In this document: in pieces, positions 13,388 through 24,706 of the stretch
How positions within the stretch are numbered: position 1 is the first letter of the stretch
Layout: every line of letters begins with the position of its first letter
DNA from: Felis catus
Taxonomy: Eukaryota
Assembly: GCF_018350175.1 (NCBI RefSeq)
Contig: NC_058368.1
Span: 29,390,001 to 29,454,000 of the forward strand
DNA: 64,000 nucleotides
Direction of reading: 5' to 3'
Translations under genes and position numbers: made by a program
Notes under the pieces: generated by a model
The model's database searches: none
Told to the model about the DNA's origin: nothing
What the model saw: the letters and a program-made list of their open reading frames with translations, nothing else

Positions 13388-13704
13388 CTGAAACAGAAAG
13401 AATAAACCATTATTTACTAGACTAAGACAAACCTTTACCTAACCTCTGAGTCCACCAAAAGCCTAGGATCATCTTTCTAATGATAGAAGTTAAAAGTCAT
13501 TTCAAAGTAGGAAACTTGAAAAATACTATTTGAATACTTGAAAAATATTATTTAAAATACAGAGTACCTATTTAGGAGGATACGTGTCTGGAAAATTCTT
13601 TTTATTCTATTCTTTTAAATTCTGTTCTTTTATTCCTTCTGCACAAAGCATGTATCATCATCTGTGCTTATACAGAACTAGCAGTACAAGTTGCAAAGGT
13701 GGAT

Positions 13705-14362
13705 ATGTGACAGTTATTTATGGAAAACTGGTTTTGCCATGAACTGACAAGGGCTCTGGGGGCTTACAGAGAACATGATGAAAACCATGGAATCCCACTG
13801 TCCTAGGGTAGGAGACTCTACATGGCTGTTTGCCTAGCACTCCTTTTCTATCTAAGATCTAGCCACCCACATGATTAGTGAAAGTAATCGGTTGACTAGT
13901 CTAGAGATTGGTACCTGATTGACATGAACCTATCACAGTATTCCACCCTCCACACAGTCAACTGGTCCCTGAAGGAGCAACTAAGTCATGCCACACTCAT
14001 CAGTCCCACCCGTGAGCTTTTTGAACATGGCCCAGAAAGACCATTATGTTTAACTAACTGTTTAGTGGCTGAGAGTGTAAAACTTGTGGGGAACTATTTA
14101 TCTTCCTATTTAAAGGAATCCTGCAATGGTTGAGAATAAAGGTGGCTTATAGGGAAAAGGAGCAATGAGCAGCAGGGGGAAAGAGAATCCTGCCAATGTT
14201 TCAAGACTTGCTCTAGTAACCCCTCAGACTGAGTCCAATTCCTGCCCTTCTCACAGCCTGGTAGGCAGAACCTTCCTGGGAATCTTTGAACTAACAACCT
14301 ATTTTTTATTTAAGGTAACTTGAGTTTCTATCACTTGAAACCAAAAGATTAACTGGTTAATA
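13705..14362 (+). mobile_element. Ancient LTR remnant (MLT1/ERVL-like)
   Basis: End gtttctatcacttgaaaccaaaagattaactggttaata resembles the conserved 3' end of old MaLR/ERVL LTRs; the left boundary is a guess. Confidence 0.45.
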
Positions 14363-14735
14363 TTTGTTATAGATTAATTGACCATATAAACACAGGTTTA
14401 TGTCTGAGTTCTCTATTTTGTTCCAGTGATCTGTGTGTCTATTTTTGTGCCAATACCATATTGTTTTGATTACTACAGCTTTGTAGTATATCTCGAAATT
14501 TGGGGTTGTGATATCTCTGGCTATATTCTTTTTTAAGACTGCTTTGGCTATTTGGGGTCTTTTAGGGTTCCATACAAATTTTATTATTTGTTCTAGTTCT
14601 GTGTAAAATGCTGTTGGTATTTTGATAGGGATTATATTGTATCTGTATATTGCTTTAATAGTATGGACATTTTAACAATATCAATTCTCCTTAACCCATG
14701 AGCATGGAATATCTTTCCATTTGTTTGTGTTGGCT
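14363..14735 (-). mobile_element. LINE-1 ORF2 internal fragment
   Basis: Closely matches the L1 sequence at about 20100-20420 and 5790-6150. Confidence 0.85.
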
Positions 14736-15744
14736 ATAACTTAATATATGCTATCAGGTCAATTATCTTAAAAGTACATGAAAACAAATTTGCTTCCCTC
14801 TCAGAAAGACTCTGTAGAAAGGCCTGTAAAAATAGTTTTACAAAATCTTTTCATGTCCCATCCTATACACACATGAATAAAAACAGGTTTAAAAAAATAG
14901 GTGTCTAGGCATTGTAATAAATATTTTTTAAGATTTTAAGTAATCTCTACATCTACTGTGGAGCTCAAACTCACAACCCTGATATCAAGTCACATGCTCT
15001 ACCAAATGAGCCAGCCAGGCACCACTAATTTTTTTAAAATGTAAAAACAGTTTGGAAATTTGTTAGTCTTACAATAAAACAAAAACAGAGAATATAAGTA
15101 TAAAAATAAAATTTCAGGCTAGTAATGGCTAGTTCAAAACTAAAACAAAACTTTTCCACATAACAAACACTTGAGAAAGAATCTATCTTAGATCATAATG
15201 TGATAAACATTTCCTCAAAATCTGATGAGGGGATGCAGCAAATAGGGATTCTCACTGGAACTGGTCTTATATCTGATTTGTTTTGAAAACATGCCTTCCA
15301 AAACTTTTCTTTACTGTATTAAAAATATATGTTAGGGGCTCCTGGGTGCCTCAGTTGGTTAAGTGGCTGGCTCTCGGTTTAAGCTCAGGTCATGATCTCA
15401 TGGTTCATGAGTTTGAGCCCTGCATTGGGCTTTGTACTGACAGTATACAGCTTGCCTGGAATTCTCTCTCTGCCTCTCTCTCTCAAAAGAACAAATACTT
15501 AAAAAAAAAAAATATATATATATATATATATACACATAATGTATATATTATATAAAATGTTTTATTATATATTAATATGCTATATGAATATAATTATATA
15601 TAATTGATTATATACATACAGAATTATTATATACATATATAATAAATGCCATTTTTATTTATTTTTACTACTTCTCTATTTTCTCTTAGACTGCCAATGA
15701 TGGTGCTTTTTCTAAGGTTAGTAGCCCCTGCAGTTGATACAGTA

Positions 15745-15890
15745 TTAATTCTTGGCTTTTATTCTTTTATTACAGGAGAGGAAACTAAGGTTTAAAGAGG
15801 TTAAATAACTTGATCAAACTGTTATGTATGTAGAGCTTGGATTAAAACCCAGGCCTTTCTGACCTAAAATCTGTCTTTTTTTCCCCTAGA
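15745..15890 (-). mobile_element. MIR SINE
   Basis: Core motif gaggaaactaaggtttaaagaggttaaataacttg. A second MIR-like core is at about 53635-53740. Confidence 0.7.
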
Positions 15891-16399
15891 CCACTCTGCT
15901 TCCAGATGAAACTAAGAAATTCTATTAGCCAAGGAGAGAAACATTTGAGGAATGAAGTGTAGCAGGGTTTGGTCACTGGAAAAATGAATCTGTATCCAAA
16001 AAAATTTGATGTGAGATTCATTTATTTCATTTGAATCTTGGTGCTTCATATTATATTTTGTTAGAGTGATCAAGCTGTAACAGTCTTCTTTTTAAGTTTA
16101 TTTATTTTGAGAAAGAGAGCTGGGTAGAGGCAGAGAAGGGGGGAGAGAGAGAGAATCTCAAGCAGGCTCTGCACTGCCAGTGCCGAGCTTGATGCGGGGC
16201 TTGAATCCACGAACTGTATATCATGACCTGAGCTGAAATCAAGTTGGGCACTTAACCTACTGAACCACCCAGGCGCCCCTAGCATTTCTTAAGGGGAATT
16301 ATGGGAAAGATAAAATAGAGAAGGGTTCCATCTTTGAAATGATGGTTCTACGAAGTTCCTAAGTGGAGGTTAACAGAAGTGGCAGTAAAGTAGGATATA

Positions 16400-16649
16400 T
16401 ATCCTTATGACAGATTTAAAAGAAGTTTGTATTTGAAAGAAAAGGTAAGAGACTGCAAGTAAATCTATTACAGAGAAATGTCTATTCAAATAACTTTGGA
16501 ACAGTTACAAAAAATAATTATACAAGCACTTCCACAAAACCATACTAATTTCCAAATTCAAAATGCAAGAACTGTAAAGGTCATAGTATTTGAACACAAC
16601 ATAATAAAGGTGAAAAAATAAACACCCCTGCCACATGCATATTTTAAAA
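16400..16649 (+). mobile_element. Ancient L1 (L1M-type) ORF2 remnant interrupted by the ERV; resumes at 43847
   Basis: A-rich degenerate endonuclease-linker-like sequence that appears to continue after the 3' LTR (aaaacaaatactctcc, KNTLL-like). Confidence 0.5.
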
Positions 16650-17340
16650 TGTGAAAATTAATTAAAGGAAACTTTTTTTTTTTTTTTTTAAAGGAAATCT
16701 CATTTAGAATGGAGTCAGGCCAGCAGGGCAAGCTCTCACAACTTCTCACTTCTCAATTCCAGACCTAAGGGGAAGAGAGGGACTTTGCACAAGGATACTA
16801 TTTTGCTATCCCAACAGGAGGAAGAAAGGCTTTCCTCCTCCCCCAAGCAACAATCCAGCCAATGAGACACTGACACCTCAGCCAGTGAAAACCCACTATA
16901 CTTCCAGTTCCCAATTTACTCTAATGGACTTTTTTGTTTATAACAGCTTTCTCAACATCCTGTTTTCCTCTTTATTAAAGGGCATTCCTCTCCTTCCTTC
17001 TGAATTCTTGCCTATGGTTTTGCCCTATCTTGTTTGTCCTGGACTGCAATTCTCTAGTATTACTGAATAAACCTTTTTTTTTTTTTTTTTTTTGCTGGTA
17101 AAATAACTGGCAATCTTATTTATTTTTAAAAGTTTATTTTGAGAGAGTGAGTATGGGGGAGGGGTAGAGAGAACAGGAAAGAGAGAATCCCAATCAGGCT
17201 CTGTGTCATCAGCATGAAGCCTCACATGGGGCTCAGACTAATGAACCATGAGATCATGATCTGAGCCAAAATCAAGAGACAGAGGCTTAACCAACTGAGC
17301 CACCCAGGTGCCCCTGGCAGTTTTATTTTTAAAGTCAGCA
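16650..17340 (+). mobile_element. 5' LTR (contains a minus-strand SINE at about 17115-17314 and a poly(T) insertion)
   Basis: TG...CA ends, CCAAT box (cagccaatgag) and AATAAA at about 17066; homologous to 43390-43846. Confidence 0.85.
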
Positions 17341-17345
17341 TTACT

Positions 17346-17365
17346 TGATGATCAAAAATGAGATC
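17346..17365 (+). promoter_or_regulatory. Degenerate tRNA-Leu primer-binding site
   Basis: TGATGATCAAAAATGAGATC versus TGGTGTCAGAAGTGGGAT (complement of the tRNA-Leu CAA 3' end); 5 nt after the LTR end. Confidence 0.5.
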
Positions 17366-18595
17366 TAGTGAAGACCTTCAACAACTCTAAGGCTGGTGAG
17401 CGAAGAGATGACGGTATCTACAGAGCCAACTGGGTACGCTGTCTTCTCACCACCTACAGAGTTTGAAGGTAAGTTTTCTCCTGGATTTTGAGTGCCCTGT
17501 TTTGTGTTTAAGCCTCCAGGCTTCATTTGCAATCTGTTTTCAGGCCTTGTGTTTTTGTTTTTTCAATCTTTGAGAGTACTTGTGTGGCCTTCGGTCTGAC
17601 TCCTTTTAGGACACGAGACTCTTCATGATGAAACCATGCTGGTCTCTGGCTTGACTCCTGCCTGGAACCAGACTGTGCCTACTGAAACTGTTCTAGCCTT
17701 TGGTCTGACTCCTTTTTAGAACCAGACTGTTCCTGTTGGAACTGTGCTGTTTATTTTTTTATTATTTTTGTAAATGTTTTATTATTTATTTTTTGGGAGA
17801 GAGAGAGAGAGAAAACGAACAAGCGGAGGAGGGGAAGAGAGAGGAAGACACAGAACCCAAAGCAGGTTTAGGTTCTGAGCTGTCAGCACAGAGCCTGATG
17901 TGGGGCTCGAACTCACAAACTGCAAGATCATGACCTGAGCCAAAGTTGGACGCTTAACTGACAGCCATCCATGCGCCCTGAAATTGTGTTTAGAAATTTC
18001 TTTCTGCTCTAGAGAAAAGCCTCTAAGAAATGGGAGAACAGTTATCAAAATGCTTGAGGGTACCCCCCACTTCTCCTCATGTTTCTGGGACTCTGGCTGG
18101 TTTTATGTTTAAAATTTAACGTTCTGGAGTGCCTGTGGCTCACTTGAGCATCTTACCCCTGATTTCAGCTCTGGTCATGATCCCAGGGTGGTGGGATCAA
18201 GCCCTGCATTGGGCTCTGCACTGAGCATGGAGCCTGCTTAAAATTTTCTCTCTCCTTCTACCCCTCTCCCCAATTCACTCATTCTCTAAAATAAGAACAA
18301 AAAAATCCCACGTTGGGCTCTATGCAGATAGTACAGAGCGTGGGACCCATTTCAAGTTCTGTGTCTCCCTCTCTCTCTCTGTCCCTCCCCCATTCATGCT
18401 CGCTCTCTCTCTCAAAACTAAACATAAAAAAAAAAAAGGATCTCTTATTGGGGTGCCTGGGTGGCTCAGTCAGTTAAGTGTCTGATTCTTGACTTCAGCT
18501 CAGGTTATGATCTTGCGGTTTGTGGGTTAGAGCCCCATGTCGGACTCTGTGCTGGCAGGGAAGAGGCTGCTTGGGATTCTGTTTCCCTCTCTTCT

Positions 18596-18629
<34 letters not shown>

Positions 18630-18808
18630 ATCGTCTTCATGCATGTATATTTATAACTAAATGGATCAACTTAGCCAAAAGTAATTTTGAACCTCAATGG
18701 CTATTATGGGAAACTTTTAATCTTCACAAACTTGTTTTACTCAAAATTAAATTAGAAAGCTGTGACTTGCAGAAAAACAAAAACACAACTGACTGGGATG
18801 CCTATTTT

Positions 18809-21800
18809 ATTTTTTATTAAAATTTTTATTACATACAGTATTAGTTTCAGGTGTACAATACAGTGATTCAAGAATTCTGTATAGTATTAGTTTCAGGTGT
18901 ACAATACAGTGATTCAAGAATTCTGTATGTTAGTGCTCATTGAGATAAGTGGACTCTTAATCCCCTTTACCTGTGTCATGCACCGCCCCTCCTGCCCATC
19001 TCCTCTCTGATAACCATCACTTTGCTCTCTAGTTCAGAGTCTGGGTTTTTTTTGGATTGTCTTTTATTCCTTGTTCATTTGTTTTGTTTCTTAAATTTCA
19101 CATATGAGTGAAATCATACAGTATGTGTCTTTCTCTGACTTATTTCACTTAGCATTATATCCTGTAGATCCACCCACGATGCTGCAAATGGCAAGATATC
19201 ATTTTTTAAATGACTGAATACTATTCCATTGTATGTATACACAACCTCTTCTTTATCCATTCATCTACTGATGGACACTTGCATTGCTTTCATAGTTTGG
19301 TTATTGTAAGAAGTGCTGCAATAAATATAGAGGTGCATATATCTTTTCCAATTAGTGTTTTTGTATTCTTTGGGTAACATCCAGTAGTGAAATCAGTGGA
19401 TCATATGATAGTTTTATTTTTAATTTTTTGAGGAATCTCCATACTATATTCTACTGTGGCTGTACCAGTTTGCAGGAATCAACAGTTTTTCTCCACATAC
19501 TCACCAACAGTTACTGTTTGTATTTTAGTTTTCAGCCATACTGACAGATGTGAGAGATTTCTCATTGTGGTTTTGATCTGCAATTCCCTGATAAGTGATA
19601 TTGAGTATCTTTTCATATGTCTGTTGGCCATCTGTTGGTCTCTTCTGGAGAAAAGTCAGTTCATGTCTTCTGCCCATTTTTTAACTGGAATATTTGTTTT
19701 GTTGAGTTGTATACATTCTTTGTATATTTGGATATCCTTTATCATATATGTAATTTGCAAATATCTTCTCCCATTCAGCAGGCTTTCATGTTCCTTCGTT
19801 GTTTACTTTGCAGTACAGAAGCTTTTATTTTGGTGTAGTTTATTTTTTGTTTCACTTGCCTCCGTAGACCTATCTAGAAATTGTTACAGCTAATGTCAGG
19901 GAAATTACCGTCTGTGCTCTCTTCTAGGATTTTTATGGTTTCATGTCTCACATTTAGGTCTTTACTCCATTTTGAATTTATTTCTGTGTATGGTGTAAGA
20001 AAGTGGTCCAGTTTCATTCTTTTGCATGTAGCTATCTAGTTCTCCCAACACCATTTATTGAAGAGACTTTTTTCCATTGTATATTCATTCCTCCTTTGTC
20101 AAAGATTAATTGACCATATAATTGTGGGTTCATTTCTGGGTTTCTATAACGTTCTATTGATATATGTGTCTATATTTGTGACAATTCCATACTGTTTTGA
20201 TTACTACAGGTGTGTGGTATATCTTGAAATTTGGGGTTGTGATACCTCCAGTTTTGTTGTTTTTTCAAGACTGCTTTGGCTATTGGGGTCTTTGTAGTTC
20301 CATACAAAGTTTAGTATTTATTTTAGTTCTGTGAAAAATTCTGTTGGTATTTTGATAGGGATTGCATTGTATCTACAGATTTTTTTTTGTTGTATGGACA
20401 TCTTAACAATATTTGTAATGTCTTTCTATTTGTGTGTGTCCTCTTCAATTTATCAGCGTTTCATAGGCTTTTTTTTTTTTTTTTCCAGTGTTTCATAGTT
20501 TTTGGGAGTTTAGTTCTTTTACTTTTTTGGTTACGTTTACTGTTAGGTTTCTACTATTTTTTGGTGTAACACTAAAAGGAGTTTTTCCCCTTAACTTCTT
20601 TCTGCTACCTCATTATGTGTATAGAAATGTAACAGATTTCTGAAAAACATTTTTTAAGTAGGTTCCACACCCAACATGGGGCTTGAAGTCATGACCCTGA
20701 GATCAAGAATTGCATGCTCCACTGACTGAGCCAGCTAGGTGCCCCGTATTTCTATATATTGATTTTGTATCCTGTGACCTTAATGAATTCACTTACCAGT
20801 TCTAGTAGTTTTTTGGTGGAACTTTAGTGTTTTCTACATATAGTATCATGTTATCTGCAAACAGTGAACATTTTACTTCTTCCTTTCCAATTTGAATACT
20901 TTTTGTTTTTGTCTAATTGTTGTGTCCAGGACTTTCAACAGTATGTTGAATATAAGTGAGTGGGGACATCCTTGTCATTCTCCTGATCTTAAGGGAAAAG
21001 CTCAGGTTTTCACCACTGAGTATGATGTTCACTGTGGGGTTTCCATACATGGCCTTTATTATGTTGAACTATGTTCCCTCTAAACCTACTTTGTTGAGGG
21101 TTATCATGAATAAATGTTGTACCTTGTCAAATGCTTTTTCTGCATCTGTGCAGATGATAACATGCTTTTTATCATTCCCCTTATTGATGTGATGTGTCAT
21201 GCTGATTAATTTGGGAATACTAAACTACCCTTTCATCCTCAGAATAAATCCCACTAGACTGTGAATGATTTTTAAAATGTATTGTAGGACTCAGTTTGCT
21301 AATATTTTGTTGAGGACTACTGCATTTATATTCGTCAGAGACATTGGACTATCATTCTTTTTTCTGCAGTGTTTTAATCTGGTTTTGGTATCAGGGTAAT
21401 CCTGGCCTCATAGTATGAATATGCAACTTTTCCTTCCTCTTCTGATTTTTGGAATAGTTTGAGAAGACTAGGTATTAATTCTTTAAATGGTAGAATTCAC
21501 ATGTGAAGCCATCTGGTCTTGGACTTTTGTTTATGGGAGGTATTTTGATTACTGATTCAATTTCATTTCTGGTAATTGGTCTGTCCAAATTTTCTATTTC
21601 TTCCTGACAGTTTGGGAGGTTATATATATGTTTCTAGAGATTTGTGTGTTTCTTCTAGGTTGTCTAATTTGCTGGCATATAATTTTTTGTAATATTCTCT
21701 TATAATCCTTTGTATTTCTGTGATGTTGGTGGTTATTTCTTTTCACTGCTGATTTTGAGGTTTTTTTGTTTTTTTTTTTTGATAAGTATGGTAAAAGGTT

Positions 21801-23880
21801 TATTTTGTTGATCTTTTCAAAGAATGAGCTCCTGGTGTCATTGACCTGTTCTACTGTATTTTAAGTTACTATTTCATTTCTGCTCTAACACTTAAAACTT
21901 CTTCCGTCTACTGGTTTGGATTTTGTTCTTCTTTTTCTAGCTCCTATAGGTATGAGGTTGTTTATCTGAGATATTTCTTGCTTCTTGAGGTAGGTCTGTA
22001 TTGCTATAAACCTCCCTCTTAGAACAGCTTTTGCTGCATCTCAAAGATTTTGGATGATTGTATTTTCATTTTATTTCTATGTTATTTTTTATTTCCTCTT
22101 TAATTTCTTGACTGACCAATTCATTGTTTAGTAGCATGTTATTAAATCTCCATGTATTTGTGCTCTTGCCAGGTTTTTTCTTGTGGCTTTTAGTTTTAAA
22201 GCACTGTGTTCAGAACAGATGCATGGTATGACTTCAATCTTTTCCATGAGAGACCTGTTTTGTGGCATAATATTTATTCTGGGGAATGGTGTATGTACAC
22301 TTGAAAAAAGTGTGTATTCAGCTGTTTTAGGATGGAATGTTCTGAATACATGTGTCAAATCCACCTGGTGCAATGTGTTATTCAGAGCCAGTGTTTCCTT
22401 GTTGATTTTCTGTTTGGATGATCTATCTGTTGACGTACGTGGGGTGTTAAAGTGCCCTACTTTAGGGGTACCTAGGTAGCTCAGTCAGTTAAGCGTCTGA
22501 CTTCAGCTCATTATCTCATTGTTTCTCATTGAATCTCTCCTCACAGGGTTCAAACCCTGTGTTGGGCTCTGTGCTGACAGCTCAGAGCCTGCTTCAGGTT
22601 CTGTGTCTCCCTCTCTCTGTCCCTCCCGTTCACACTCTGTCTCTCAAAAATAAATAAATGTTAAAAAAAATTTAAAGTACACTACTATTAATGTATTACC
22701 TTCAATTACTTTCTTTTTGTTATTAACAGTTTTATGTATTGAGGTGCTCCTATTTTGGGTACATAAATATTTACAAGTATTGTATGTTCTTGTTGGACTG
22801 TCCCCTTTAGTATTATATAGTGTCCTTCTTTGTCTCTTGTTACAGTCTTTATTTTAAAGCCTATTTTGTCTGATACATGTATTGCCACCTGGGCTTTCTT
22901 TTGACATCCATTTGCATGATAAACATTTCCCTATCCCTTCACTTTGATTCTGGTGTCTTTAGGTCTGAAATGAGTCTCTTGTAGGCAGCATATAGATGGG
23001 TCTTGCTTTTTTATCCATTCTGTCACTCTATGTCTTTTGACTGGAGTTAGTTCATTTGCATTCAAAGTAATTATTGATAGGTATGCGTTTATTACCATTT
23101 TGCTACTTTTATGGTTGTTTTTGTACTTCTCTGTTCCTTTCTTCTCTTTTTTTCTCATGATTAGTTGGCCTAAGTGATATACTTGGATTCCTTTCTCTTT
23201 AGTCTTTGCATATCTATTACTGGTTTTTGAGTCATGGTTACCATTATATATATATACATGGATATATATATATAATGGTAATTTGTGTGTGTATGTGTAT
23301 ATACACGTGTGGGTGTGTATATATCTTCTGCATGTAACATTCTATATTAAGTTGATGGTCACTTAAATTTGAACCTATTCTTTACCCTTCTCTCTCCCAT
23401 GCCCATATTTTAGGTATATGGTTCATAATTTATGTTTATTTTGTGAATTTATTTACATAACTTATTTTGTGAATCCCTTGACTGAATTTTTAAAAAAAAA
23501 AATTTTTTTTTCAACGTTTATTTTATTTTTGGGACAGAGAGAGACAGAGCATGAACGGGGGAGGGGCAGAGAGAGAGGGAGACACAGAATCGGAAACAGG
23601 CTCCAGGCTCCGAGCCATCAGCCCAAAGCCTGACGCGGGGCTCGAACTCACAGACCGCGAGATCGTGACCTGGCTGAAGTCGGACGCTTAACCGACTGCG
23701 CCACCCAGGCGCCCCTTGACTGAATTTTAAATATACTTATTTATACTGCTTTTGTGTTTCCTACTTTTCTTAGTCCTACTTATGGTTTATCCATGCAGAG
23801 TCCCCTTTAACATTTCTTGTAGGGCTATTTAGTGGTTATGAATTCCTTTTTCTTGTGTTTGTCCGGCAAACTCTGTATCT
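18809..23880 (-). mobile_element. 5'-truncated LINE-1 (about 5.1 kb) inserted in ERV gag; same orientation as WBP4
   Basis: TSD ctgggatgc(c/a)tatttt at 18793-18808 and 23881-23896. ORF2 pieces at 22931-23158, 22706-22888 and 22128-22373; 3'UTR at the left end. Confidence 0.93.
23500..23713 (-). mobile_element. Young felid SINE (SINEC_Fc-like)
   Basis: CpG-rich and near-identical to copies at 28538, 49904 and 60235; TSD ccttgactgaatttt. Confidence 0.92.
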
Positions 23881-24706
23881 CTGGGATGCATATTTTAAAT
23901 TGTACCTTGAGGGTTCCATATGTTTTCAGGATACTAAATTTGCCTTTTTGCAAGATGCTATTTACAAATCAACTGAGGCAAACAAACAACTGAAGCCATC
24001 AGAACAAAAGCCATCAAAATGGCTTCTGAGGCCGTTTTCTCCCTCTCTCCCTCTGCACCCCCATCTTGTGCTCAGGACCCACCTCTGGCAACACTTTTGT
24101 CTGTTCTTTCTGCTGAACTTGCCTTTTAATCTCTCTGCTTCATCCTCTCCTGAACCTATTAAAACCTGCTTCTTTAAAGTTAAGTTTTCCAAGGAACTAA
24201 ATAAACTTCAAGTTCCCTGTTCCCTAGACTAAGGCTGAATTGTGAGCTATAGTTAAAAAGTTCCCTAAAGTGACTGAGGACCCCAATAAGTTTGCTGAAG
24301 AATTCAACAGTTATTCAAATTTACTACTTTGGTTTCTCAGATTTATACTAATTATTCCATGTGCTTGTTGGTGAGAACCAGACCAAACACTGGATGGAAC
24401 CAGCCAGAGGAGAATATCCTGAAGGGTATTTAGAAAAATATCTAACTTGTGGTAAGATGCTAAAAAACTTGTTGGAAATCACCAAGCAATTACAGTCGCT
24501 CTTCCTAAGCCTGTTGACTGAAACAAAACTCAGATTAGCACACAAAAGCTTGATGAACTTGTTCATGACTATTACAATTGACTCCACACTGTCTTTAAAG
24601 AAAATTTTGATCTTTCTTTAGATGTTAAATCCACTCAGGTAGCATTTAACTTTATGTTTATTAATATTCTAAAGTGGGAATTTCTCCTTTAATTAAAAGG
24701 ACCAGG
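23881..24706 (+). pseudogene. ERV gag remnant (end of MA to CA)
   Basis: Continues WDAYF from before the L1; CA start P*TKAEL*AIVKKFPKVTEDP from 24222; stops and frameshifts. Confidence 0.75.

Noticed and set aside
13388..13410. ORF-track N-termini of the WBP4 ORFs (MVYSFCFS here; MLKICFFLTLAFQ at 60815-60853)
   Set aside because: Intronic sequence upstream of the splice acceptors, not coding.
15510..15650. AT-rich quasi-palindromic stretch
   Set aside because: Degenerate (TA)n microsatellite grown from a SINE tail.
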